From the human T2T-CHM13v2.0 reference genome, Homo sapiens: a stretch of 64,000 nt of DNA. This document shows, piece after piece, positions 1 through 14,949 of this stretch (positions are counted from its first letter, which is position 1; the number at the start of each line of letters is the position of its first letter). The position numbers and the translations under genes are program-made. The stretch lies in the NCBI RefSeq assembly GCF_009914755.1, contig NC_060930.1; one strand, 5' to 3'. The notes under the pieces were generated by a model. That model was not told where the DNA came from, ran no database searches, and worked only from the letters and a program-made list of their open reading frames with translations.

Positions 1-179
1 GCCATGCACATGAAAGTTGCATTTCTACAGAAAATGGGCCAAACGTCTTACAGAAAATCCTGAAAGTGCTATTTGTTCTTCACAATGCCAGATGAGTTCC
101 CATGAGGAAAAATTATGATAACTGGAGGTCATCGAATCTGCTTGCTGAGAAAAACTTAGTTACATAAGAAAATAAAATG

Positions 180-310
180 AGCCAGGCATTGTGGCTCATG
201 CCTTTAATCCCAGCACTTGGGGAGGCCAAGGTGGGAGGATTGCTTGAAGCCGGAGTTCAGAACCATCCTGGCCAACATAGTGAGACCTCATCTCTATTTT
301 TTAAAAAATT
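180..310 (+). mobile_element. Alu monomer (FLAM_C-like)
   Basis: Alu left-arm sequence GCCAGGCATTGTGGCTCATGCC...GGGAGGATTGCTTGA...GAGACCTCATCTCT with no right arm. Confidence 0.8.
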
Positions 311-1879
311 AAAAATTTGTTGTATGCATTTTATATTTATTTTATATTTTATATATAAAGGAACATAAAATGCATACAACCAACAAAGTATATTGAAGCC
401 AAGATCACATGCAGCTTTTGGGAAGAGGATCCACATGCTCCTGTTCTAACAGGGCCACTTTGGAAAGGCCCAGGACAATATGTTTCCCTGGAATATCAGA
501 TCACTAAGGAAGGTTAAGCTAGGTGGGCTCAGAAATCTAGAATCCATAGTTGTCCTGTGAGGACCTGAAGAAACTTAGGATAAAAGACAAATGATTTCCC
601 TAGAACGATTCCATTCTGATCCAGATCTTGCTCCAAAAAGCCTTTTGACTTTGATAGACTTGCTGAATCTGAAGACTTCAGAAGTTTCAGTACACCTTAA
701 ATGGAAATAAAGTCCAATAGAAATACTACAAAGATGTACCTGATGAGAACAAGTGACTTGTCTCCCCCACCTGAAAGTGGAACGGCTGGCTCAAGCATAG
801 TTCTGCCATCTCACAGTCAGAGTCCCAAACATTCTCATGAACTCCAGGGGCATTTCATGTTCCAAAGACTTCTGTTTGCTCGCCCTTCTTTGGAGAGTAT
901 ATATGGATGTTCCCCAAGTGCTTGTTCTCCTAAGTGATTTCCAGGACCTAACACACTCTCCATTTACAATGCCAAGTTATTCTCTCCTAATTGCTGTATT
1001 CCTCCCCTCCCATTTGAAAACCCTGAAGGTAGATGTGACCCGCACTTAGGGTTAGCTGAGCTTTCAAATAAAACTCAATCCAAAGATCCAAAACCATAGT
1101 GAGGAATTCTTTGGTCCCTTGTGTCAACTAATTCTGAATTATCTCTTATTCAATGCAAATAATGTTAGTTAAGTAGTTATAAAATTGGATCAAATGGAAG
1201 CCTGATAGAATTTTAAATCTTAGTGCTTCCATTATATCCTAGAAGAGATAGTATAAGTATAGTAATTGTTATTATCTGGTCTTCTATAACAAAAACTTCA
1301 GTGGAAGTCTGACATGAGCAGTTTAGCATTTGGAGAAATTTGGAAGTGCAAAGGTCATATTTCTATGTCATAAATTGTGTTTATTATAATTCTTAGACAA
1401 ATGTCAAAATAACTTGTTTACTAATACAATTTAATTTTTTTTAAAAAATCATCTGTATATTGCCAAAATTAGCATGATAATTTGGGATATGGGAAGAAAC
1501 ATTGAGGACCATGGGGTAAAGCAATGTGTTGCTGGTTTTAGGGTTGTGTGAGGGAATAAGCAGTATATATTTGCATGAGCACTACATATTCCAGTAACTG
1601 AGGCAGATCTAGAGTCCAGGTTTTCTGAAGTTCAGATTTGGATCTTAAGCGCAGGGAAAAAGGAATTTTATAAGAAATTTTTAATCATTTCTTAATTTCT
1701 ATTCAATTTACTTTGCAACAAACATGTAAAGGTATAAGTTTACCTCTGCAATAAGGTCTGGAAATAACACTTTTAAAACTTCTTGCAGTGGGGTAACTTG
1801 TAGTAGGAAAACTCACATAAACACACAAATTCAATATAAAAATGATGCCAGTTGTCATATGTGCCAGTTATCACACGAT

Positions 1880-2460
1880 TGTGTCCCAGCCCTGAATCCA
1901 CCCTCAAGTACTGGGCTTTGAGATGTGGGGCTTGGGCTCTGCAAAACATATTTCTCTTTTGCTTGCGGTTCCCTGTTAGATTCTGACACTAGAGGGCCCC
2001 AGGAGCCTGTTCATTCTCTGTTACTTTATTATAGGGCAACAGCCCTTCACCCTGGCAGTGATAGAACAGTTTGTTTCACTTTCCAGATTTTGAAAAGTGC
2101 CTGCAGACCCAGGCTCATTGCACCTTCAGAGGTGCCAGGGTCATCTAGGAAGTGTCTCCTTTTCAGATACTGAGTCTCAGCTCCACAAGACCCCAATCCT
2201 AGGAGCTCCTGAGGTACTGACGGCAGCCAGGATGCACTTTCTCTTCAGAGGTCTAAGCCCACATGCCGGGATCTCTCTTCTCACTTTCTAGTTTCTGATA
2301 CCAACTCCTTTCCTTTATTCCCCACCATAGTGAGTGGGAGCTGTTTGCTGCAGTTTTCAACTCTGTGTTACCTTTTTGTGTTTTAGATTTCTAAAACCTG
2401 AGCAAGCATTCCCTATATGAACTTCATGTTGAAATGCCTCACGTGGTTTTTGAGTTGCTG
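1880..2460 (-). mobile_element. Old ERVL LTR (LTR33-like)
   Basis: CTCTGCAAAACATATTTC...TTCCCTGTTAGATTCTGACACTAGAGGG resembles the recalled LTR33 consensus; boundaries approximate. Confidence 0.5.
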
Positions 2461-2937
2461 ACTAATTTATTTCTCCTTGATGTCTATCCGAATCCTGCCC
2501 ACCGTTTCAGGCCCAAGTCTTTCCCCACAGGTTTTTCTCTTTGCAGACTGGATGAATCTCCAGGTCCTCCAAATGACTACATTATATCATGTACACCTCA
2601 GTTATAGACCTCTGGGTAGTTATTTTAGTATTCATGCTTTATTACAAACTTCTAGGTTTTTACAGTCATATTGAAGACATGGTATTTTGTTACCAACTAG
2701 GATATATGCTCTTCAGGGACAGAGAACAAACCTCAATGTTCTTGGGATGTTTTTCTTGTTTTTTTTTTGAAAATCAAAATGGTAAAAGTGAAAATAAATA
2801 TGCCCCATCCAAACTTAGAATTTTCATTGGTTACAGAGCTGAGATGATCCAGGAAGCTGCCACCTAGCTAACAAGCCTGTCCTATTTGGGAGAGTATGGG
2901 CATGGGGGATAATTCTAAGTTAGGAGAAAGGTCTTTA

Positions 2938-3252
<315 letters not shown>

Positions 3253-3554
3253 AATTATTCCAAAGTATGTTCATTATTCAGAATTCTTAACATACACTAG
3301 GGGTGACATAGGCTGTACTGAGGTCAAAAAGATGGACAAGAACCAAAAGAAGAAAGAAGCAAGGGTCAGCCATGCCCTATTCCTTCCCTGTTTCCTCTGT
3401 TTCCTAAACCCTCACTGATGAAAATCAATGCATGGTTTGACAATTCAGAAATTCGTATTTGAAGACATAAAATGGTGCTGCTTTCTTTATCCTGAAAACT
3501 TGGCCCCAGAATATGTTAAGAAGTAAAGTTCAGTTCTTACCAACATACCATCTT

Positions 3555-4110
3555 TGGTAGACAGAATGACTCCCTCAAAGATATCTAAGTCTTAATCCCT
3601 GTAACTTGTGAATGTGCAGCATTTCATGGCAAAACAGACATTGCAAACGTAACTAACGTTGTGAATCTTATAATAGGAAGATCATATTGGATTTCTGGGT
3701 GGGTCTAATCTAATCACATGAACCCTTATAAGCAGAGAACTTTGAATTCAGAGAGATGCAGAAGGAAGAGAAACCAGATATTTGAAAAAAGAAAAAGACT
3801 TGACAAGCCATTGCTGGCCTTAAGATAAAGGAGTCCATGAGTCAAGGACCTTAGTTATAAGAATACTAGAACCTGAAAAATGCAAGCAATCTGAACGATC
3901 TTGGAAGGAGAATTTTTTTACAAGCCTCCAAATAAGAGTCCAGCCCAGCTAACACCTTGACTTTGGCCTCGTGAGGTCCTGAGCAGAGCACCCAGTTGGA
4001 ATACTCTGTGCCCAGACTCCTAGCTCAAAGTGCTGTGAAATAATAAATGGGTGGTGTTTTAAGCTGCCAAGCTTGAGGTGATTTATTATGGAGGCAGTGT
4101 AAAACTAATT
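3555..4110 (+). mobile_element. MaLR LTR (MLT1 family)
   Basis: TGGTAGACAGAATGACTCCCTCAAAGAT...CTAATCACATGAACCCTT...AATAAATGGGTGGTGTTTTAAGCTGCCAAG, typical MLT1 motifs. Confidence 0.8.
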
Positions 4111-4402
4111 TATCATCTTTCATGCAAGTCAATTCCTCCTCCAACTCAAAGAGCAAATATACACAAATGTCAGACAAAGTCACAAGAGAAAGGCTTTTCA
4201 TAAGCAAACCAGGGGAGACAGAGATGAGTCTAGTAAAACAAATGGGGAAGGAAGGGGAGGTGACAGCTGTAAGCAGCAATGGGCATTCGGCCCACTCCAA
4301 AATTGTAGGAAAACTGTCTAAGAGGTTCTTTCTCAAGGAGCAAGGAATCTGACTGATGTTTTCCAGGCTAACAGTCTTAAACCTCTAGGTGTTTAAGGCT
4401 AA

Positions 4403-4768
<366 letters not shown>

Positions 4769-4958
4769 CTGAGTATTATCTTTCTAAGGGACAGTGCAGA
4801 CTTGGTGGGAGGCAGTCATTCAGCAGGAGTAGCATCCACAGTGTCTCTCAGGGGATGATCAATGTTTCCCAAGGATAAGCTAGATTCAAGATTTTCTTAG
4901 AGCTCCTCCAAGGACTGTGTATGAACAACTAGTGAAATGTGGACAAACAGGCTCCCTA

Positions 4959-5114
<156 letters not shown>

Positions 5115-5251
5115 TTAAAGCCAGACCAAGGAAGGGAAAGATTAAAGGCAAATGCAATTTCCCACCCCCAAGATGCAAGTGAGGAAAGACTATCTTCCCT
5201 TTTCTTCAGGCAAGCATATTCCCAGGGAAAAGCAGGAAGGTAAGACTCCTA

Positions 5252-5606
<355 letters not shown>

Positions 5607-5644
5607 AGAGAAGTGTCAATAGCATGGGCAGAAAAGTTGTGGAA

Positions 5645-8063
5645 ATTTCCCAAAGGTTGTTGCTTCTGGGCTTGCAGCTGTGGCTGAGCTCTTGTCTTAT
5701 ATCCCAAACTGATGGAAAATGAAGGTGCTGGTGCTCTGACAGGTCCTTCTCCCACTGAACCCTAGTCAGGGGGCATTGGTTCCCTAGGGGCACTTCTGCT
5801 GCTTAACAGGCCCACTCTAAGCAGGACACTCTGACTGAGGCAGCAGTGAAGAGGTTTCGAAACCCAGGCTTACTCTGTGGTGCTGTCTCCTTTGAAGGAA
5901 AATCATGTGCCCTGAATAAAGGATCCTGGGTGTTCAGGACCAAGTATACCCCAAAAGACTGATGGCACCAGTGGTCCTACTAGGGCCTGCTTCACTGATG
6001 AATGCTCCAGAAATGGAACTCCTGACTGAGCTAGACAGACCTATCCTAAAGCACCAGTGCCTTAGGATTGGCATTTCTCCAAAAGGAAGGCTCATGGGGC
6101 TGTGCTATCAAACGCTGAGCCAGTGGCCTCATTGTCAGGTGACTGTGTGGGACCCAAGTGGCCTTCTTTCTTTCTTTTAGATTGGGCTTCTATACTAGCC
6201 TAAATATAGATGGATCAGAAGATCCAGAAGGATCTGTATATGTAGGAGAATTAAGGGTTGGGATGCTTACAGGAATTGGTTTAGAGCAGGGATGGTTGGG
6301 GACTTGGCAGACCTGTCAGCCTGAGGGGTCAGAGGTGGCTTGGTGGGGTCAGTGATGAGTAATGTGGTAGAAGCAGGAGTCAACCAGGAGTAAGTGACTG
6401 TTGGCCTCAAGTCTGAAGAGGTGCCTGGAAGTGTCTCTGACTTCGAGGACACCAAAGGGGTCAGCAAGCTGGATGTCTCCTGAGGCAAAGCAGCCACACA
6501 GGTTATCCCTCCAGTGGACTATAGGAAGGCCAGTGGGCCTGGGGTATTCTGCATCACTTTCAAGCTCTCCAGCTTGGATTAGTGCTCCCAAATGGAGGGG
6601 TAGTTGGAAATGGTGCAGTCCCAGCAGCAGGTAGGGTGACAGAAAGGATGGGCTGAGTGGCAGGCACAATCTCAGGGATAGTCATTGGTGGCCTCAGTCT
6701 GCTCCTTTATGACTTCGTTGACCTACCAGAGTGCAGCTTTCTTGTCCAAGTTTTCTGCAGTGACTGCATAACCAAGTTGGGGAGTTGAAGACAGGATACC
6801 CTCCCCCTATGGCTTAGAAGGCTGTAGCAAAGTTTTGCTTTCATGAGGCCCAGAACTAACAGATGTGGGCGATGTATTCCTTGAGTTTTGCTTTGTTTTC
6901 TTCTGTGAGGGAGTGTCTGCAGCCTGAACCTCATTGTTTAATCCCTATACAGCAAAGTGTGGACAGATGTTTTTCTGTGCCTTTTTGTTTGTTTTTGAGA
7001 GGGAGTCTTGCTCTGACGCCAGGCTGGAGTTCAGTGGCATGATCTAAGCTCACTGCAACCTTAGCCTCCTGGTTTCAAGCTCTTCTGTGCCTTTTTTAGG
7101 GGAAGAGGATAATGAGTACTTTAGACATCAGGAGGGATGTGAAATTGCAAACTGGGACCTCCTCTCTTCCCTGTCTTTGAAATGTTTCCAGGAGAGCTGT
7201 AGGAGCTGCCAATGTCATTTCTGTTGGAGCTGAGGGGACCACTTGGGAATATGCTGGTCAAGGGGCTCTTGGAGGGATGATGAGACTTATTCTAGTGGTC
7301 ATCTGAGCTCTGGGAATGGAGGTTTGGCTTCAAGGGACTCGGGCACCAAATAAACAGGGATCCCATTGGCTATCACAGTTGAATGTGAATATCTGGTCTC
7401 CTGGAGACTTGTTTTCCTGTCCTGGCTCAGGGAATATTGGGTCTTCCACTTTCATTTTTTTGCATTCTCTGAGGGCCTCGGTTTGATTTTTTGTGCCATA
7501 AGGGTCTGGAAGCTTTAAGGGTGCTTAGCTCAAAGTCGGCTTTGGTACTGGAAACTGGCTCACTTGGATGAGGTCAGGGGAAGCAATCTTGATGGTCACC
7601 AGGCTCCTGCAGGGTGACCTCCTGGCTAATCTGTGGAAGGGAGTGGGGCGAAACACATCAATGTATTGAACACTGCAGGGTCGTAGAGAGCCAGCGGCTG
7701 GCGGGCTTCTCCGAAAGCTCCTGGTCCCCCTAGGAAGGCGGCGGTGAGGGATCAGGCTTCTCCATGTAGAACTACCTTTGGTGAGTGATGTGGCTGGACC
7801 TGGGTTTTCGAGCTGGATACTGCCTCCAGGGAGTTTTCATTGGCTGCCGATGAGACCCCGCGCGAAGTGCACAGTGTTCTGGTGACAGGTGACCGTCAGG
7901 GATGAATGATGTGCACGGGTCTTCCGCGGCCCTGGAGCCCTTCTAGACAGCCAGCGCCCAGCACATGGGCACTAGGGACCACTGAGGTATAGCGACAACC
8001 CCAAAGAGCGTCCCCAGCCCCAGCTCTGCCACCCCCGTCCCCACCAGTTTCTCGTCCAGCCAT
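5645..8063 (-). pseudogene. Intronless POM121-like (nucleoporin) retro-pseudogene with stops, frameshifts, an Alu insertion and an internal deletion
   Basis: Collinear minus-strand peptides match recalled POM121/POM121L2: TPWRQYP (TPRRRYP), SLVTIKIASPD (SPVTVRIAPPD), IANGIP (VANGVP), GNDIGSSYSS (RNAIGSSYSS), PQLGYAVTAENLD (PQLGYSITAEDLD), SETLPGTSSDLRPT...TDPTKPPLTPQADRS (SELLPGTSPDSKPT...TDTTWPPSTSQADRS), SGAF, and the C-terminus [21 protein letters not shown] (SFSIGAGSKTPGARQRLQARRQ). Confidence 0.88.
6987..7082 (-). mobile_element. 5'-truncated Alu inserted in the POM121-like pseudogene
   Basis: About 95 bp of the right-arm 3' end; TSD TTCTGTGCCTTTTT at 6973-6986 and 7083-7096. Confidence 0.9.
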
Positions 8064-9250
8064 CTCATTTATCACTTGCCTTAGCGAGGGCTTGGGAGAC
8101 ACCAAAGGAAAACAAACCCTGCGAAAGAGGAGCCCGGGCATCAGGACTGATAGGCCTACCCGGCTGCCTCATCTCCCGCTCCTGCTTAACTGCTGGAAGT
8201 CTCAGATTTGGGTTCCCGGGCACACGGGAACTCTCCCTCCGCGCTGTCCGGACCCTAAAGGCAAGTTGCCGGGGAAGGTTCCTTAACAAACAGCGGGCTT
8301 CCCGGTAGCCGGGTTCCCAGCCCAAGAACCTTCTCATTCACCTGCGCAGCGCCGCGGGACCTCACCCTTCCGGTGTGGTGCCAAGATCCAGACTGCCTGA
8401 CTTGTTTTCGTGCCGCCGGACGGTGTGTTTAATCGATGCTGATGTTTTACTCTCTAGTTTGAGGACCCAGCGACAGGGCTTTAGCCCCTCTTCCTGCAGC
8501 TGCGGATAACAGACATTGGCTCTTTGGGAATTGCAGCGCGCTAGCCCAGGAGCGCCGCGCTGTCTGGGGACTGTGGGGCAGTGGTCCCTCGGGGCGGACA
8601 GAGCTTGGGTACAGGGGGCTCGCGCTCCCTGATCCCGGCTTCAAGGTTCAGCTTGAAGAGAGTCGGTTTACCTTTCCACCCACACCGGGCCCTGGTGCGG
8701 GTCGAAGGCCACAGGCTGAGAATTTGCTGGGAGGGGTCGGGAAGAAGCGTAGGAGCGCTGACCGCCTCCCCTTCCTCTTTCTCTGTCTTTGCGGGCGGCG
8801 CTACTTCCCTTTCCCGAATTCCGAGCCCCCCTCTCCAGGTCAAATGCTCGGCGCGGCCTTTCCGAGACTACCCGAGAAATTCTGACGGTGAGCGCCAGAC
8901 AGCGGCGTGGTAGCGGCCTTCCAGGGAACTGCCTCTCGGGAGAGGAGGGGACGGGCGGGGAGAGGCCCTTGGCCCCTCTCATTCCCTGAGTCCCTGCGGC
9001 GGCGCCCCTCTTGGAGCTTGAGACCTCAGGGATTGAGGATCGCGGGGAGCCTCGGACACAGCAGGCAGGTGGTGTGGAAGGTGCCACCTTCATTCTTCGG
9101 TCTCTGGGGGCTCTGGCTTTTTCTTCTTACTGCCCATCGCTGGCGATCCCGGGAGGAAAGGGTCAAATGGCAAACTCTCTCGCAGGAAAATTCAAGTTTC
9201 CAGGGTTTTTGCCCCACAGGTCTTTAGAAATTTTTCGTTGAGTGAAAATT
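7680..9250. promoter_or_regulatory. CpG island / putative promoter at the 5' end of the POM121-like pseudogene
   Basis: GC- and CpG-rich, repeat-free stretch; ZNF143/SBS-like motifs (reverse complement GCTGCAATTCCCAAAG near 8520-8537, CCACAGTCCCCAGACA near 8561-8576). Confidence 0.75.
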
Positions 9251-10136
9251 CTTCCTGGGTCCCTCTTCCTTCACGTCTCTCTCACCTATGACAACTTCAG
9301 ATTGTGCACCAAGGATGGGAGGGAAGTTATCGGGAAAGGACAAGATTATATTTAGAATTCACTGGGGAGGTGGTGATTTCTGAAGACAGACCATGGGATC
9401 TTGGTCCTGTGCTTCTCAGGAGTCAGATGTGGAGCTGCTTTTGCCCTTGCTCTCGCACTGATCTCCCATAGGATCTGCATCTCCAGCCTCTCCAAACTCC
9501 AACTCATCCTACGCGGGACATCAAACCCACCTTTATACTGCCCAACGATAAAAAAATTGTTATTTCAAGGGCTCCTCAACCTTTGGATACAAAATGAGTT
9601 ATCAGTAAAGCTAATTGGGATATTCCCAACTCACAGACCCCAGGGAGCAGCAGGGGGTGAGGAAGGATTTAGCAGCAGGACATCAACACCGGGGCGAGCA
9701 GTGCAGGCCTGATGGAGATGTGGCAGGGAGACACCTCAGTGCTGGAAGTCTGGATAAGGCACCAAGACCTCAGCACAGATCTGGGGTGTGTTCACAGTGG
9801 GCTTCTTTATTAGAGTGGAGAGTGGAAAATGGAAACAATGGAAATATCCAAAAAAAAATTGGAGTGTTTAATTAATATAAAGATAATTTAGATAAAGTCA
9901 TGTGATGGGAAAACAGACAAGACAGACTGTGTGTGTGAGTGTTCTGTATCTTGTCCCTGATACACAGTATATTATGTAAATCATACTTCTATTTATATTT
10001 TAAAATGGCTATTGATATATAGATAGAGATGTGTTTACAAAGGCATAAAAGAACAATTGAAAGGATATAGATTGAACTGTAATAAAGTGATTAACTCTGG
10101 TTTGGGACTGGATTGGGAGGAATGGCAATGTTATAG

Positions 10137-10511
<375 letters not shown>

Positions 10512-12048
10512 TAATTTTAATTTTAAAGGCAAAGAAAAAAAGAGTTCATTTTGGCAACTTGGAAGAATGGATTGGAAACCAAGAGTTTGGAGGCTGAGAT
10601 GTGAAACAGTTCATTGGAAGAGTCAACATTATCCTGATATCAAGATCAAATAAAGACAGTACAGGAAAAGAAAAACTACTACTATCCTTCATAAATATAG
10701 ACACAAAAATTCCCAGCAAAATAATAGGAATTTGAATCTGGCAATATATATTTAGAAATACAATTAGGAAAAAGGTAAGGATGTCCCTCTCATCACTCCT
10801 TTTCAGCATTTTACTGGAAGTTCTAGCTAATGCAATAAGACAAGAAAAGAAAATATAAGGTATACAGATTGGAAAGGAAGAAATAAAAACTGTCTTTGTT
10901 CACAGTATTGTCTATGTAGAAAATCTGAAAGAACTGAAAAAAATTCTTGGAACTAATAAGTGATTATAGCAATGTTGCAGGATATAAGGTTAATATACAA
11001 AAGTGAAATGTTTTCTATATACCAACAAAAAACAAGTGGAATTTGAAATTAAAAACACAATACCATTTACACCCACCCAAAATGAACATTAAATGCATAC
11101 CACTAAGTGAAAAAGGCCAATTTGAAAAGGCTACATCCTGTATGATTCCAAATAATGTATATGACATTCTGGAAAAGGCAAAACTATATGAAGACAATGT
11201 AAGAACCAGTGGTTTCTAGGAGTTAAGAGTAAGGGAGGGTAGTAGGGAGGGATGAATAGACAAAGTACAGAGGATTTTAGGGAAAAACTGTTCTATATGA
11301 TACTATTATGGTGGATACATGTCATTATACATTTGTCAAAGTCCATGGAATGTACAATACCAAGAGTGAACTTTAATGTAAACTATAGACTTTGAGTGAT
11401 AGTGATGTGTCAGTGTAGGCTCACCAATTTTAACAAATGTACCACTCTGGTACAGGATGTTGATAGTGGAGGAGGTTCTGCATAGTGGAGGAGGTAGCAG
11501 GTATGTCGAAATTCTCTGTACTTTCTGCTCAATTTTGCTGTAAACCTAAAACTTCTCTAAAAAATAAATCTATTTAAAAACGCACCACTGGTAAATGGGG
11601 TTAATCCCTTAAGTGCAAGGCTGTTTGAATATTTGAAAATCAATCAATATTCTCTACTACATTAACAGATTAAAAAAAGAAAATCACATTATCATATCAA
11701 TGAATGTGAAAAAGCATTTGACAAAAATCAACCACCATTCATGATTAAAACTTTCAGCAAACTAGGAGGAGTTTGCTGTTCCTAGCAACTATTTTTGACC
11801 TAATAAATGACATCTACAAATTATGTATATTAGACAGCATATTTAATGGCAAAAGACTGAATGCTTTTCCTGAAGTTCAGGTACAAGTTAAAGATGCCCA
11901 CTATCATCACTCTTATTCAATGTCTTACTGATATTTTTGACAGTGTAATAAGGCAAGAAATTGGCATAAAAAGTGGAAAGGAAGCAATAAAAAATGTTCC
12001 CATTCACAGATGACATTTCTGTCTACATAGAAAATCCAAGGAAATCTA

Positions 12049-12468
<420 letters not shown>

Positions 12469-12863
12469 TTAAAACATACTATGTACAGAAGCTCCAAAAT
12501 ATTAAATTACTTAGATATAAATCTAATAAACATGTGCAGAGTCTGTATATTAAAATTTACAAAGTGTTATAGACCTAAATCAAAGAACAGATAAATTAAT
12601 GGAGGGATATACCATGTTCATAGATTGGAAGACTAAACACAGTTTAGATGTTAGTTCTCACAATCTGATCTATGAATGTAACCCAATTTAAATTAAAACC
12701 CATCATTATTTTGTTTGTATATGTATACAAGATGATTCTGAAATTCATATGGAAAGGCAAAGAATCAGAATGGCCAAAACAATTTTGAAAAAGAACACAA
12801 TTGGAGATCTCAAACTAGCTATTATAAAAATTATTATAAAGAAACAGTCATTAAAAGTTTGGC

Positions 12864-13176
<313 letters not shown>

Positions 13177-13261
13177 TTAGTGAAAAGATAGACTCACAAA
13201 CCAGTGAAATAGAACAGAGAGTCCAGAAATAGACACATACAAATATACATAGTTGATTTTT

Positions 13262-14486
13262 TTTCCTTGAAAATTATACTACTTTATTTGGAGTAGAGAC
13301 AGAGGAAAGAGTTTGGAATGATATTATCAAAAATATGTGTGTGGTATCTAGAGCAAGGCCATTTACTATGTATAATGGAAATGAATAAGAAAACAACTGT
13401 GAACTCATACAAAATCAATAATTTTAATCATAACATCATAGCTAAAAATATTAAGAGATTTAAGAATAATTCACTTATTCTTTTAGTGTCAAAAACTCAA
13501 GGGACTCCATCATCTCCTCATTTTCTTTAAAAAATCTGTCTGCATATTAATGTTCTAATCATGTCAATATAGAATGAAGAAAATATTTAAAATTGACAGA
13601 CTGACATTATAGGAAAGGATGCTTTCAGCCGGGCGCAGTGGCTCATGCCTGTAATCCCAGCACTTTGGGAGGCTGAGGTGGGCGGATCACGAGGTCAGGA
13701 GTTTGAGACCAGCCTGACCAATATGGTGACACCCCCGTCTCTACTAAAAATACAAAAATTAGCCAGGCGTGGTGGCGTGCGCCTGTAGTCCCAGCTACTC
13801 AGGAGACTGAGTCAGAAGGATCGCTTGAACTTGGGAGGCAGAGGTTGCAGTGAGCCAAGATCACGCCATTGCACTCCAGCCTGGGTGACAGAGCAAAACT
13901 CGTGTCTCAAAAAAAAAAAAAAAAAAAAAAAAGGATGCTTTCAAAATTATACACGTTGTGCAGAGATTTAATGCTCAGTTCAAAGATGAACAACAGAGAG
14001 CATGTACCTGGCCTTATTTCTCCTGGTTTTCAAGGAATCATGATCTTTGATAGGTTTCTTGAGAAATGCCACAAAAAAGAACAACAAAAACGTTCTGGAA
14101 TTTTCTATTCTTTAAAAAAGAAAATGGACCAAAAAATAATAAAGTATAACTTTTTGCCATAGAAAAGATAACAAGCAAAGAACTACAAAGTCAAACACAG
14201 ATTCAGAAGACACTTGCTCATGAGCAGCTTTGTCTTTTTTAGCCGAATCTACAGCCATAATTCCTGATTCAGATATGTATTTTTATTGAAGATTACTTTT
14301 TTTTTTTTTAACATACTAACTGAATCACAGGCCGTTTACAGTTAAAGAAGTAGCAGTGGGTAAACAGATGTCACTGGAAAACAGTACAGATCACAAACAG
14401 TTCAGGGATGAAACTCTGAATGTAGCATCTTCAGTGAAACTTGAAAAGGCCTTTTTGAACACACACTGTTACGTGAGTGTGGGCAA
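13262..14486 (-). pseudogene. Retrotransposed mRNA 3'-end fragment (parent unidentified) inserted into L1
   Basis: Unique sequence interrupts a continuous L1; poly-T at 13257-13264, TTTATT (AATAAA on minus) at 13283-13288, TSD TTGATTTTT at 13253-13261 and 14487-14495. Confidence 0.7.
13628..13930 (+). mobile_element. Alu (AluSg-like) nested in the retrocopy
   Basis: Full dimer, long pure A tail, TSD AAAGGATGCTTTCA. Confidence 0.95.
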
Positions 14487-14532
14487 TTGATTTTTGATAA
14501 AGGTGCAAAGGAATTCAACAGAGAAAAAATAA

Positions 14533-14949
<417 letters not shown>

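Noticed and set aside
6267-6669. ORFs 6267-6497 and 6349-6669 as independent small genes
   Set aside because: Fragments or alternative frames of the disrupted POM121-like pseudogene.
8065-9241. Cluster of overlapping 60-141 aa ORFs in the CpG island
   Set aside because: Expected in stop-poor GC-rich DNA; many start at non-ATG codons and show no recognisable domain.
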